Source: Psammoneis japonica (taxonomy: Eukaryota). From it: a stretch of 64,000 nt of DNA. The notes beneath the pieces are model-generated. The model searched no databases. It was not told the DNA's origin and saw only the letters and a list, made by a program, of their open reading frames with translations. This document shows positions 49,399-61,903 of the stretch, piece after piece (within the stretch, counting starts at the first letter, position 1; each line of letters opens with the position of its first letter). The position numbers were made by a program, and so were the translations under genes. The stretch covers positions 186,001 to 250,000 of the forward strand of contig QPGO01000007.1 in NCBI GenBank assembly GCA_008632985.1. The letters are read 5' to 3'.

Positions 49399-49760
49399 GG
49401 TATTTTCAAGCTGTTGTGAACAGTATGCAGTTAATCAATGTCAGAATATGAAGCGAGACACGCGATGGCCATCACAGTCTTCACTCTTCAGTCACGCGAA
49501 CTTTTCAACGCTTCAACGGGTGCGAGTTGAGTTGACACGTTTCAAGTTTCAAGGTACAGTAAAGTTAGTCGAACTAGTCAATGATTGCGAGTTTGCCACG
49601 AATGACCTTTCAGAAAGTGACAAAATGTTTCCTAAGTAAGTCGTGCGGTAGGACAGCCGGTATTCGATCGTACAAAATTGCCGCCACCTCGAAAATCTGC
49701 CATCAAAAAGATCTCTGGATCTCACAATTTTGATTTTGAAACAGCAACAAAAGCTTCATA

Positions 49761-50312
49761 ATGAAATACGATCCCACGTATCTTGAAGAAACTTATACTC
49801 TTGAACGCGTTCTGACTTCAGAGGACGACAACGACGTAGAAAAGTTGATGGAACGAATCGACCTGGAATTGATGGAAAGCATCGACTTTGAAGACGATTG
49901 CTTTTTTGAAGAATCTCGGATGTCAAGTATTACTATGGATAGCTTATGTGCCCCCTTCAAGGACAAAGTAGGTGGTGATGGCGGCTTGGGTGTTGAGTCA
50001 CAAGAAGATGATTATGAAATGGATTGCCTCGATTCTGACTCCATGTCTGCAGCAGAACAAGACACCCAGTCTACTGCATGTTCGAGCAAGCCTCAACTAT
50101 ATCAACAGCAATATATCGTGGCATTGGAGAAACTCAACTCTGCTATGAAGAGGTCAGAGGTCTCACGAAACAAGATTCTCTACCTCAAACAGAAGGGACT
50201 CGAACCAATAATGGACCTGCCCAAACACTCCGTCGTGAATGGATTTCACGGCGGATCATGCTTTGAGCAATCCCGATGTATGCTCCAGGGGTTTGCTACT
50301 CAGAAAGTATAG
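49761..50312 (+). CDS. Small acidic protein, family copy 1
   Basis: Shares MESIDFEDDC and ALEKLNSAMKRSEVSRNKIL with the 51007 and 55517 copies. Confidence 0.8.
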   Translation: MKYDPTYLEETYTLERVLTSEDDNDVEKLMERIDLELMESIDFEDDCFFEESRMSSITMDSLCAPFKDKVGGDGGLGVESQEDDYEMDCLDSDSMSAAEQDTQSTACSSKPQLYQQQYIVALEKLNSAMKRSEVSRNKILYLKQKGLEPIMDLPKHSVVNGFHGGSCFEQSRCMLQGFATQKV

Positions 50313-51006
50313 TGTGTCGATAAAGTAGACGCTAACGAGACCACTAGAAGACACGTCGTTCTCTTTGTCTCGCTCCAAAGTGACAACAGTTCTGTTAATC
50401 TCGTCTCAATCATTGGATTTGTCGATTCACTGACAACGAGCTGGTTAGAGCGAACTAGCTCTCTCTTTCTCTCTAGAGAGGGTCAGACGAAAAGTCTTAG
50501 AAGACATAATTTATCTCATAGTCTTTTGACTTGCATTCCATTTCCATTTGAGCTTGCGAGTAGTTCCAGCACGGTTTGGTGGGTTGATGACAATTGTTGT
50601 TTAAATCCGAACAGTGGCGGTAGCTATAGATTTCATTTTTTTTGAGCGAGTCTCCGTCTAGCCACCGTTACCTATTTTTAGAGACGGCCTCGGATAAACA
50701 ATGTTAGCCTCTTCACTGCCTCGTCAGGCTATTTTCTTGGAGTAGTTCTGTAAGTAGCTCTGGATTCTCCCACGCACTTCGGAGTCGTGACACCTTCAAT
50801 GTCCAATGTCCTTCGACTAAGTGGATATATTTATTTAAGAATCGTGCCAAAGGGCCATAGGTATCCATGTCTAAAATAATTTTGCGCGACCACAACAACA
50901 AACTGCGACCACAAAATCACTTGAAGCAATTTTCATCACACAATTTTCGATTTCAGCTTACTTTGCATCCAGTCAGCGACAGAAACAGCAACAGAGAAAG
51001 CCTTCC

Positions 51007-51504
51007 ATGATGAACATCGCACCCTGGTATCACGAAGAAACCTCTACTTTTGAAAGCGCTCATGCTACAAAGGACGATAACGACATGGGCATATTCAGCA
51101 ACAAATTAGATCTTGAGGTGACGAAAAGCATTAGCATTGAAGACGATTGGCTTTACGAAAAACCCCATATCCACGGTGGTGAGGGTAGATTTCAATTCCT
51201 TTTCGAGAAGAGAGTAAGTAGTGATAATAGCTTGGGTGGTATGTCACAAGATGATGATGAATCGTCGGACGACGAGTTCTGCCACCTTTTCGACGACGAT
51301 GACGAGGACGATATGTCATTGATGGAAGAGGACACCTACTTGATAGACTCGATCAACATCCAACCAAATCAACAGCAGTACTTCATGGCATTGGATAAAC
51401 TCAACGCTGCCATGAAAAGGTCTGAGGTGTCACGAAACAACATTCTCTGCCTCTTGCAACAAAGGCTGGAACAAATGGCTGACACCAAAACTCCCCGTGA
51501 ATAA
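51007..51504 (+). CDS. Small acidic protein, family copy 2
   Basis: SSDNSLGGMSQDD...QQQYF.ALDKLNAAMKRSE shared with the 55517 copy. Confidence 0.8.
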   Translation: MMNIAPWYHEETSTFESAHATKDDNDMGIFSNKLDLEVTKSISIEDDWLYEKPHIHGGEGRFQFLFEKRVSSDNSLGGMSQDDDESSDDEFCHLFDDDDEDDMSLMEEDTYLIDSINIQPNQQQYFMALDKLNAAMKRSEVSRNNILCLLQQRLEQMADTKTPRE

Positions 51505-52014
51505 TTTTTATGGGCAGATCAAGTGCAATGGCGACATTCAGCATGGGACAATGAAGATGTAGGCTTCGGGGTTTCCTACGCAGAGAGTATCGTGCGGTTG
51601 TTCCTATTGTTGGGGACGCACTGGGGTATTGACATAGAATAGACATTCATAACGAAAGAAGTTACTATTACTTTGCCTACTGTATAACTGTATCAAAACA
51701 ACACACTGGAATTTCGCTATTCATATAGTAAAGGAGCTCCTCTGTTATATTTGATACTCAGCTTTTGCGTCATCTCAATGCACGGACGCTTCCCCAAGGC
51801 AGGTGCAAGTTCTGAGACAGTCGTCTCTCTACAGGAAAAAAGCAGCATAGCTCGCAGCACCCGCAAAAGCAAGCCCATACCGCAGATAAGATACGGATTT
51901 AAAAAACAAGGGATTCGAAAAAGATCTACCTTGAGCACTTCGGCTCTCAGCGGTACTTTTTCATCAGAGCACTGTAAAAGTCAGGCATGCTGGTAGTATA
52001 GCCTTGGTTGTCAA

Positions 52015-52485
52015 TCAAAGTGACAGATTGATAAACTCATCAGCCATGGTAACACCCGACTAGTCATCAATCAAATCACGATCCTCCTCACTTTGAAACT
52101 GAGACAGAATATTCGTAACTCCATTCAACACAACCTCGGAAACGCTCTTTTCGGATCGATCGTCGTCACTCTGTTCGCTCTCGGCCAGAGTCACTGTTCC
52201 AGACATTGTACCCATTGGTCTAGACGCCATTAGAAGGAATTGTCCAATAATCTCTGGGTTCTTTGGATACTTGCGCTGCTGTGGATTCTTCTGGAGCCAC
52301 TTGGTTTCTCTTTGGAGACGACTTACTCGTTTCCTCCATGGCCGATACACATAATTCCCAAATACTTTGCGGTATTGGTCGTTATGACACCGTCTTTCAT
52401 ATCCTTGCTGGGCGGTGAAAACTTTCTCCACCGCGGCTGGGTTTCCTCATACGAGGATGTTGGTTGAATAGACGGCAACTCGAGG
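52015..52485 (-). pseudogene. Truncated, internally deleted copy of the 3' end of the 56525-59118 gene
   Basis: LELPSIQ...PRWRKFSPPSK and QFLLMASRPMGT.SGTVT...SEVVLNGVTN are present in different frames; no 5' part. Confidence 0.85.
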
Positions 52486-52799
52486 GAACATTTTCCCGCC
52501 AAAACCAAGAGTGTAATTCATTCCTGCATCGCCCACCAGCCCCCGAAACATCATTCCGAGGGAGTCATACATTGGTAGCACATGTTCTGTGCTGTGAGTG
52601 CAAAAGACAAGCTTTCTACCGAATCGGAAAATTGCGACTGCTTACATCTTTCGACGTCTTGAAAATAAGACGTCGTGGTGCGACAGCAAAAGCTTCCGCG
52701 CAGAGCTTATTTTCTCGCGTGGGCATCGCAAGCTACCGGTAATACGGTACGGCAAGGCGTCGTGAGCGCGAGACAGCACCAGGCGAAGAACCTCAGATT

Positions 52800-53143
52800 T
52801 TGAGCATTGCTTCATTCCTGCGGACAGCTTTGGTGTCCCATTCGAGAATGAAGTGAGAAGTGATGATGGTTTCCTGGATGACGAGACAAAAATAAAAAGA
52901 GACGTGATGGACTTCATTGTGCAATCTGGACGTCCAGGCAGCTCTGCCACTTCGCGCCAAAGAGCAGCTGGCTGCAGTGTGCTGGAGAAGATGAGAACTG
53001 CCATGAAAATGTCAGAAGTCTCACAAAACAAGATTCTCTGCCTCAGACAACAGGGGCATGAACAAACAAACAGTCTGGGCAGCAGCAGCCACATTGTTGC
53101 ACACCACCACATCCTGGCAAGCACCACAGCAGGGCTGCAATGA
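52800..53143 (+). pseudogene. Degenerate fourth copy of the small acidic protein family
   Basis: VLEKMRTAMKMSEVSQNKILCLRQQG versus ALEKLNSAMKRSEVSRNKILYLKQKG. Confidence 0.75.
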
Positions 53144-53149
53144 TTTTCC

Positions 53150-55100
53150 AACAGCAGAGTGCACTGGGTCTTCCCTGATCTTTCGTGTTTTTGCCCAGAA
53201 ATTGTGTGGGAGGCAGGCTTGGCTCTGGCTCTTGTTTGACAACTTTTGCTTTTCTTTTCCTTTTTTGAATTTTGCTGGTGACACCTGCATGACTCAGTTT
53301 TCACATCTGCCTTTGACCCATGGCATCTCACAACACATTTGGTGATGGGCTGCACAACAACGCGCTGCATGCTGTCTTGTGTTTTAGAGCAGCACACACA
53401 AAAGCACCCTGAGCTGAAAGCACATTGCGACAATGCAAACACAGTCATTGGATGCTGCAAACAATTGTTGGTGCCTTGTTTGGAGCATTTTTTGCTTCCC
53501 TGTCAAAGCGACAGCAGCAGTCACAACACCTTGCTCATTTTTGCCCCATGGCGTCAATGCAGCTTGGCTGCGTGATGTGGCATGTGGTGTGCTTCATCAT
53601 GGGACAGTGCATAAAACCAAAATTGCAATCAACGGGAGCTCCAAACCATCGGCGATTGGATCTGGAACCAGCTCATTGAGCTCATTCCAAATCCGTGCTC
53701 AAATGTGTCCTTCGTTGCATCTGCACGTCGTCCAAACAGAAACCAATTTTACCACCAGTGGACACTCTGCTGGCAACTGGCCAACCACCCGGTGACAAGG
53801 AACATTGGCATGTCTTGAAATGCCTGCATCGGCAGCTCACACTGGGGGTTGATGCAGCTGCCCCAATTCAGCTGAAGATGCACCACAGGTGTTGGAGACC
53901 TTAAGGGCCAACAAGAAAATTGATGGTGTGCAAGCTTTGCACAGAGTGAAAAGAAGCAGCGGATCAGATGCTGGAAAATGCAGCAAGGTTGGGCATGTGA
54001 GAAAGGATTGTTCTGCGTTCTGACAGCGGCCTCATTTGTTGGCAGCGTTGAATGATGCACCGGGCCACAGGAGTCAATGGAACAGTTGACATGGTGTTGG
54101 ATGGCATGGATTCCAAGTGTCATCCTCCTGTGCTTGATGTGCACAAAAGTGCAGCATGCCTCAGCACTGGACAACATGGCGAGACCGTGCACACAGCCTC
54201 TTGCACGTGGCAATGCACAGTGTTGTCAGCATGCACCTGGGAAGCATGACCACAGGAGGGCATGGCTCCACATCTTGGGCAATCTAGAAGGATGCCAAGA
54301 GAGCACCCGTGTGAAGCACACTAACCTGTTGTCTGGCCCACAACAGTGGCGTGATTCCACACGATGACATCACTCGTGCATGGCGCGTGATGGTGTGATT
54401 TGCACAATCCACAATGCAAATGCATGATCGATTGGCACAATCCACAATGCGAACGCACGACCAACTGGTGCGATCTACAATGCAAACGCACGATCGATTG
54501 GCGCAATCCAAAATGCAAACGAATGGCCAATTTGACAAGATTTCCCATTCGCACGATTCCATTTCTCTCTACACACAAATTGGCTCATAATTTTCACAAT
54601 GATGCAGCTGAAACACATCTGCATTTTTGTCACCTGTTGTGTGCATGGGGCACAAGGCCACTCAGTTGACAGCTCATGTGAAAGAGTGTGCTGGAATGTT
54701 GGCAGGGTCAGCCCAGATGCAGTTTTTGCAGGACAGACAGACAAAGTTGCAATGGAAAGATGTGCTGACAATTGTGGACAATGTGGCAAGTTTGTGTTTG
54801 TAACTCAGTTTGAGTTGTGGGTCTTGTGCTCACTTTTTGGCTTTTGCACCCGGCCAACACAGTGACAATGGCCAGCGGCATTGCCGTTGTGTTTGTTGCA
54901 AGCCACACGGTGAGTCAGGAGGATTCGGTGAGACCCAACATGTGCTGGTCAGCAAGAAGCCACAAAAATCCAACAGCAATGCCTGGAAGTTCTCATTTTG
55001 GGCTCCTTCTGTCAAGTTGTGCTCTTTTCCAAATCACTCGCTTTTGCTCCGCTCGCTCTCGACTTCTCGACTCCGTCTGTGCTGCGGCTGGCCCTCAGTG
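53150..55100. repeat. Degenerate TpA/CpG-depleted TE remnant containing a ~32-bp minisatellite (54399-54535, about 4 copies)
   Basis: Composition, plus repeated GCACAATCCACAATGCAAACGCACGATCGATTG-like units. Confidence 0.65.
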
Positions 55101-55516
55101 AGAGCTTGCGTGCACGACCTTGTGATCCGCGGCCGTCCGCGCCCCTCTCGCCTCTTCTTCTGCCCTGGGAGCTTGCCCGCCAACGAACAATAGATTACGG
55201 ACTGAATACTTTTTATGTCCAAGTTTGGTGGCGTGCGCGTCCACGTCTGAAGTGGTTCAAAGGCGTCAATAGGTCATAATGACCTTTTCAACGTGAGTCA
55301 AAATGGTTACTTATGAATCGCTCCAAATGGGGCATAAGGAAGCATGTCTGAAAAAGTTTGCGCGACCAACTCCGTCCGCGAGCTGAAAAAAAAACGAATG
55401 GCACATCCGCCGCAAGACAAAAAAGAAAAAAGAAGCTTCCCCATTATCGCACAATTTTCGATTCTAGAGTAACTCTACAGCTCCTATTAGTAGCTGAAAC
55501 AAAAACAGCAACTTCC

Positions 55517-56050
55517 ATGATGAACTTCCCTCCCACATATCTTGAAGAAACTATAGAACACTCTCATGCTCCAAAGGACGACAACGACATTGGCATGTTT
55601 GTGGACAAATTTGACGTTGAGTGGATGAATGAGTGGATGGAAAGTATTGACTTTGAAGACGATTGCCTTTGCGAAGATCCCCGGATCTCAAGTGGCATGG
55701 ATATCGTTTATATGCTTTTAGAGAACGAAGTGAGCAGTGACAACAGCTTGGGTGGTATGTCACAAGACGATTCGTCGGACGACGAGTTTAGCCACCTCTT
55801 CGACGAGGACGACGACATGACATTTATGGAAGGCACCTACTTCGAAGGCTCGTCCAATGTCCAACCCAGTCAGCAGCAGTACTTCGTTGCATTGGATAAA
55901 CTCAACGCTGCCATGAAAAGGTCTGAGTTGTCACGAAACAAGATTCTCAGTCTCATGCAACAGAAGCTGGAACAAATGACTGAACCCAAACCCCCCGGGA
56001 ATAGCATTGGGATGAATCAAGTACAATGGCGACGTTCAATGAAGATGTAG
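55517..56050 (+). CDS. Small acidic protein, family copy 3
   Basis: Start MMNFPPTYLEET aligns with the paralog starts; conserved C-terminal helix motif. Confidence 0.8.
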   Translation: MMNFPPTYLEETIEHSHAPKDDNDIGMFVDKFDVEWMNEWMESIDFEDDCLCEDPRISSGMDIVYMLLENEVSSDNSLGGMSQDDSSDDEFSHLFDEDDDMTFMEGTYFEGSSNVQPSQQQYFVALDKLNAAMKRSELSRNKILSLMQQKLEQMTEPKPPGNSIGMNQVQWRRSMKM

Positions 56051-56524
56051 GCTTCAGGGGTTTCCTACACAGGGAGCATCGTGCGGTTGTTCCTTTTCTT
56101 AGTGACGCACCGGGGGTAATAGACATTTATAACATTCATAACGAAAGAAGTTACTACTATTCCCCATCGCCTACTGTATAACGGTATCGAAACTTTGCAC
56201 TGAATTCGTTATCTGCATAAGTCGTAGAAAAGGAGCTCCTCTGTTTTACTAGGCCTAGTACTTGATACTCAGCTTGGCCCTCGATTCACGGACACTTCTC
56301 CAAGGCAAGGTGCAGGTTCTGAGAAAGTCGTCTTTACAGAAACAAGCAGCATAGATCACGACGCACCCGCAATAACAAGCTCATACCGCAGATACGGATT
56401 CGAAAAAAAAGGATTTGAAAAAGATCTACCCTGAGCACTTAAGATCACGGCGATGCTTTTTCAAAAATATTGTAAAGGCAGGCATATACACCAGTAGCAT
56501 TACAGCCTTGGATGTGTCAATCCA

Positions 56525-59118
56525 TCAAAGTGATACATTGACTTCCGCATCAACATTGGCAATATCCGACAAATCATTCATCGAATCATCATCGTGATTC
56601 TCCTCGCTTTGAAATTGAGACAACAAATTCGTAACTCCATTCAGTACCACTTCGGAAAAGCTCTTTTCGGATCGATCGTCGTCGCTCTCGGCGGCGGGAG
56701 TCACGGTTCCCGACATTGTAGTACCCATGGGTCTTGACGCCATTAACAGGAATTGTTCAGTTGACATGTTGTAAATAGAAAATCCTTGAGGTGACAGTCC
56801 TGAAGAGTACTTTGAGTTTTTTGGCGTACTCAAGACCTCTTCATCGTCTGAGTGGTCTGGGGTGACTGCCTTTGGACTCGTCGGCACTACTACATCTGTT
56901 GTTGCAGCTGCATGTTTGGGCGAATAATCGTCGTCCTTTGTGGAAATTTCGGTTTCTTTTTCCAGAGTCACGTTGTCGTTGTCGTCCGGGCGATCGGGTG
57001 TGATTGCGTTTGGACCTGTTGGTAAATAGCTTGTCTGAGTGATTCTCTTTGCCGACTCTACAATATTCTCCGTGGCTTCCTTGGTGACTGGCGCGGCTAC
57101 TGTGGATGATGGAGATACTTGGTTTCGTTTTGGAGACAACGTGCTCGTTTCCTCCATGGCAGCATAGACATTTTCCAAACACTTTGCCGCATTGGATGCA
57201 ATGACACTGTCCTTGATCCCCTTGCTGGGCGGTGAAAACTTTCTCCACCGCGGATGGGTATCCTCGAGTGAGGACATTCGTTGAATGGACGGCAACTCGA
57301 GAGCCGTGTCCTCCTGCACGACCATTGGAACTGCCGTAACTGCTGTTTTCTTTTTTTCTTGTGGAGATTCCATGGCTGGATCAAGATATTGACGTCGACG
57401 ACGAGACACACGATAATCATTGTCATCACCAAAATCCGGGTCGACTTCACCCCGAATACGATTGGCACGGGGTGATTTCTTCAATTCGGCGTTACGCTCT
57501 CGGTAGGCGGTCATGCTGGATCTCGGGGGAGTCTTGTGGTGTGCCTTGTCATTGTCGTCGTCATCGCTCTCGTCATCGGATAAATCTTCCGTGGGAGGAA
57601 TAATCCCGGCGCGTGCTGGTGGCTCCCTACTAAGAGCGGTTTTGGAATTGCTTTTAAACTTGATGGACGTTGGTGCACGAAGCAATCGTTTCATGCGTCG
57701 ACCGACCGATCTAGACATGCTCACATCACTTGTATTGCTCGCGTCATCTGGTTCGGAAGGAGCAGACTTGTTATTGAGCATGATTTCCATGGCATCCAGA
57801 GTGGCTTGAATGTTAGGTTTCTCAAACGAACCAACGACGGCAGCATCTTTTTCTTCACGTTGTCGTTGCTTCTCGGCATAATAACGCTTTTGTGATTCCA
57901 TACTTGCCGCACTCAAAAGCGACAAACTGCCTTGACTACCCAAACTCATACTACCCAGACTCATATCATCATCCTCATCATTGTCGAGTTGCCCGGCTTT
58001 GCGTAGCTCTTCGTCTTCTTCCTTTTGCATGAGATCTTCAAAATCAAAAAACCACGTTTCGGGATTGTGTAAATCAAACAAACGCTTTTGTCGTTGTAAT
58101 TTCCGTTTTCTCCGTGGAGACAGCGACTTGGGTGGTGTCGTTTTTCCGAGTTGTTCCTTGACGAGTGCTCGGTTTCTTCAAAACGTCTCCACAATTCTCG
58201 ATAGGCCTTGACATCAACGACACGGTCTTGAAGTTTGTCTCGTTTTTTGGATTTCTTGTGTGTATGAGCCGCCAATTTGATTTGTAGCTTGAGTTTACGG
58301 TATTCCGCCATGGTTTGTGAGTCCAAGGACGATTCTCGGGTTTTCATCAAGGCCTCGGCCTGGCCCGGTGGAGGCGACAAGAGGGGAGGATGCTGCAGGA
58401 TATTGCCATTGGGATCGTCGGATGCGTGACGACCGCTTCGTACTAATCGGGGGGATGATCCCGGAATGAGTCGACCCGGTTCTCCCATTTGCTGGTAATG
58501 ATGACGATTGGCTTCATAATCCTCTTCTTCGTCGCTGGGAGCGTCCGGATCGACTTCTTCTGGAATGGCCGCATCGAGTTGTTCCAAATGCAAGAGCGAC
58601 GTTGGTGCAAACATGGGAACCACATCATAGTCTAAATGATCGTGCAAATCATCATCAAACGAATGATTGAGTTGAGGCTGTTGCGATGCTGTTTTGTTGC
58701 TGCGTTTCTTTTTTCGTTTTCGCTTTCGGGGTGATGATGATGGTTCTTCTTCAGGAACGGGAGTTTTGATTTCAATTTCATCGCTACGATCTTCTTGTAT
58801 TCGTTCCAACGATTCTCGTATATCCAATTCGGGAGGAGACACCACAGCCGATTCAGGAGACATTAGTGCTGTATCGGGTGTTTCAGGAATAGCTGTTGTA
58901 ACTCTGCCATTGACGACAAGAACTTGTGGAATAACATCAAAGGGTATATCTTCTTCGTCGTCAGCTTGATTGACACGATTGCTTTCTTCTTTTTTCAACA
59001 CCACTTCATTTTTCTTTTCAGGCTGTGGCTTGTCTACAACGACGCTCTTATTGTGAGCCCGTCGTGGGCCGTGAATGGGAGGAGGCTCTTCCGCATCACG
59101 GCATTGGCATTGCCCCAT
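56525..59118 (-). CDS. Large low-complexity protein with MGQCQC lipidation-like N-terminus; one apparent frameshift near 58170
   Basis: ORFs 57961..59118 and 56525..58081 join if one base is added (…WRRFEET-RALVKEQLGKTTPPKSLSPRRKRKLQRQKRLFDL). Confidence 0.7.
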
Positions 59119-59574
59119 GGTGCAATCTCACTTTTTGTTGTGTGTGGCGGTTCGTAAAGATGTTTTGTCACACGCAAAGCACGCACGATCGATACCAGAA
59201 TGAATTAATCCAGGCTTGAAAATACTGTTTTCTATGCGCCAACTGAAAAAGGGCAATATCAGTCCTATCAACAGATCGTTTTATTGTACTTATGATTGTA
59301 TATCAATAAGAAAAAGCAGATCCATTTTAAACGTGCTTGGTTGCGCGGGCAGACAAAAATTTGAAATTAATATATTTATTGTAATATTATGAAAATATAC
59401 GTTGTGCATATTTAATAAATCCAAGGAGAGCTGTTGTATTCATCGCTAGTACCGGTACTTGTTTTAATATGGGTAATACCAATTGCATATTCAATGTTTT
59501 TCTTATTGAACCCCTTTTCTCTCTTCACACTACTCGTACTAACTTCACACACACACAAAAAAGCCGTCCCCACC

Positions 59575-60697
59575 ATGTCATCGCTGCCGCCGCCATCATC
59601 CTCCCCATCACGACGACGACCGAGTGGTACTTCGGATGATGGAACGTCCTATGACGACGACGATGATGATGACGACAGCTGGAACTTGATGCTCCCACAA
59701 GACAAATTGTCCTTGTGGAATTTAATTGCACGCGAATCCCGATCCGTCTCGCTCTTTTGCGTCTTGGCACCCTTGATGAAGTATAGTGTGGAAATAATAA
59801 CAAAGGCGGCGTCCGAGTATCAAAACGAAACGGAAGGTTCCTTTTGGAAACATCAAGTCTACATGATGTTGTCCGTCTTGGCGGGATGGTTGTTGGCCTT
59901 GATGCCGACAAAAATAATGACTGGAAACGCTCCCGGATTTTTTTTGCGTCTGGATGGTATGTTGTGCGGTAGTATATCATCGAAACTCTGATTTTGTTTG
60001 TAAGCTTACAGAAAACTCATTCCCTTCGCTGTGTGTATCTCTCTTAGGCTCTTGTCGTTTGTACAAGACATGCAGGGCACCTTTCCCAACATTCCGTTGC
60101 GACTATGCGAAACCGTGCTGGGACGGTTGTCGTTTCGAGAATTGGCAGTCATTTTACCCGTGCATTTTGTTTGTACAATTTCAACAAGCATGATTCTACG
60201 CTTGTTGCTTCCTGCATCCATTGCATCCATGGCAATGGATCCAATTGTTTATGCCATGGATAACCCCTGGATTGTGGTGAGTCGGTTTTTTTGTGTGATT
60301 GCAGATCCGATTGTTTTACGTTGTTGAATCGCACTCACATATCAACCACTCTTCTTCTTTTTCCCAGGATTTGATGAAAGAAATTCTAGTCAATGCAGCC
60401 TTTACGGTATCCGTCTTGGTTCTTCCTCAACTCCTTTCTCTCAATCACATGCCACGGTGGTTGTCCACTTTTTTCATGTATCCACTCTACAGCTATGCCG
60501 TAGATTCGTCCGGCAAGGGTAGTGCCTTTGGTCCAAACATTGTCTACGGACTATTGGCCGCAGCAGCAACCAAGGGTGAGCAACAAGAATTGTTGATGAA
60601 TAACTTGGATTTGTGTTGTTTGGTCCGACTGGTTGGTCCCATGCTTGGGGGGCTGTTGGGAGGGAGGATAATGGCAGTGTACTTTCCAGACAATTAA
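59575..60697 (+). CDS. Divergent MIP/aquaporin-like membrane protein, 3 exons
   Basis: GT-AG introns 59957-60004 and 60277-60367 give an open frame. MIP-like segments GTFPNIPL...GRLSF, KEILVNAAF, SAFGPN, LVGPMLGGLLGG. Confidence 0.6.
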
Positions 60698-60802
60698 AAC
60701 TGAAACAGTACACGAAAATGAATCAGCTATACTACAACTTGAAGGAGGTATCGTTCACGTTAAACAAACATAAAAGCACTGAACAAGCAGAGCTTTTCTA
60801 TA

Positions 60803-61273
60803 TCAATTTTGAATCGATGCAACACAGGCACGCCACACCCCATCTCGTACAGTATCTTGTTCTGCAAGCCGCGTTATTGTCGAATAAAACAAATCTGGTG
60901 TTTGCAATTGTTGCGCCGAGGCACCCGCCACCATGAGAACGTGTCCCACTTCTCTCATGAGACCCTTTTTTCGTTCGTCGTCGAGTTTCATAATGGCAAG
61001 AATGGCACCATCGTAATCATCACTCTTGAAGAAACCCACCAAACTTCCCGCCACACCACCCACCAAACCACCAATGGGTCCCATTAAAAAGGCTCCGGCA
61101 AAGGCACCACCACCCGCCCAGAGTGATTGTTTCAACGAACTCTTTGCCGTGTCTCTCATGGATTGGTTTTCTGTCAGAAATCGAATCAATTCTCCATAAC
61201 GAGCGTCCTCCTCCACAAACGACAAGTCTGGTATCGGGTCGTCATCTTGTGATCCTTGTGGAATATTATCCAT
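60803..61273 (-). CDS. C19orf12-like glycine-zipper protein
   Basis: AKSSLKQSLWAGGGAFAGAFLMGPIGGLVGGVAGSLVG followed by AIMKLDDERKK resembles C19orf12/Nazo. Confidence 0.65.
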   Translation of the reverse strand: MDNIPQGSQDDDPIPDLSFVEEDARYGELIRFLTENQSMRDTAKSSLKQSLWAGGGAFAGAFLMGPIGGLVGGVAGSLVGFFKSDDYDGAILAIMKLDDERKKGLMREVGHVLMVAGASAQQLQTPDLFYSTITRLAEQDTVRDGVWRACVASIQN

Positions 61274-61759
61274 AATTTTGTTGTTTTTTGTGTTGTGTGT
61301 TTTTCAGCGTGTTGTGAATGTGATTCTCACAACGAATTTTCGTCACGAGTACCTTACAGTGTGTCGAAGGAACAAAGCCGAATATAACAACAGGTTCAAG
61401 GTGCAAAAATGAAACTAGAGTAGAGATTCTTCTCCTTGTACTACTCAGAAAAAGATTCAAGCGATTGCCTACAGCACCTAAAGTCGAAACTGCCAACAAC
61501 AATGTGGTCTATTACAGTATGAACAGCACAATGAAGAATCGTTGTCGTCGTCAGTCGTCACGTCAAATAAACACGTCGCGAGCGCGGTACGTTTTGGAGA
61601 ACTTTGCAGTGTTTTTGTGAAAATCATGTTTTGCCCGGTTTTGACAGAAACAGCGCGACAAATACTGAACGCTGGGATCTTCGAGAAAAGTCGACAAAAC
61701 AATTTTTTCTATTCCCATCGACTTGCTCTTTGCTCTCCTCATGCTCTATAATCTACCGG

Positions 61760-61893
61760 TAGTAGAGAGAGTCTCAAGAGTGCCACTACTGTTGACAAGA
61801 TCCCCTAGTCTACTCGACTTGCTCTCTAGCTAGTAGAGAGTCTCGACTTGCTTTCTAGCTAGAAGTAGAGAGTCTCAAGAGTGCCACTACTAG
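61760..61893. repeat. Short TAG-rich duplicated motifs upstream of GT25
   Basis: GAGAGTCTCAAGAGTGCCACTACT twice and CTCGACTTGCT.TCTAGCTAG twice. Confidence 0.7.
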
Positions 61894-61903
61894 TACGGAG
61901 AAA

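Larger units (their letters stand above)
50880..52485. repeat. Segmental duplicate of ~55357-57300
   Basis: Collinear similarity from TTTGCGCGACCA (50881/55357) through the small gene, the intergenic region and the 3' end of the large minus-strand gene. Confidence 0.88.
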
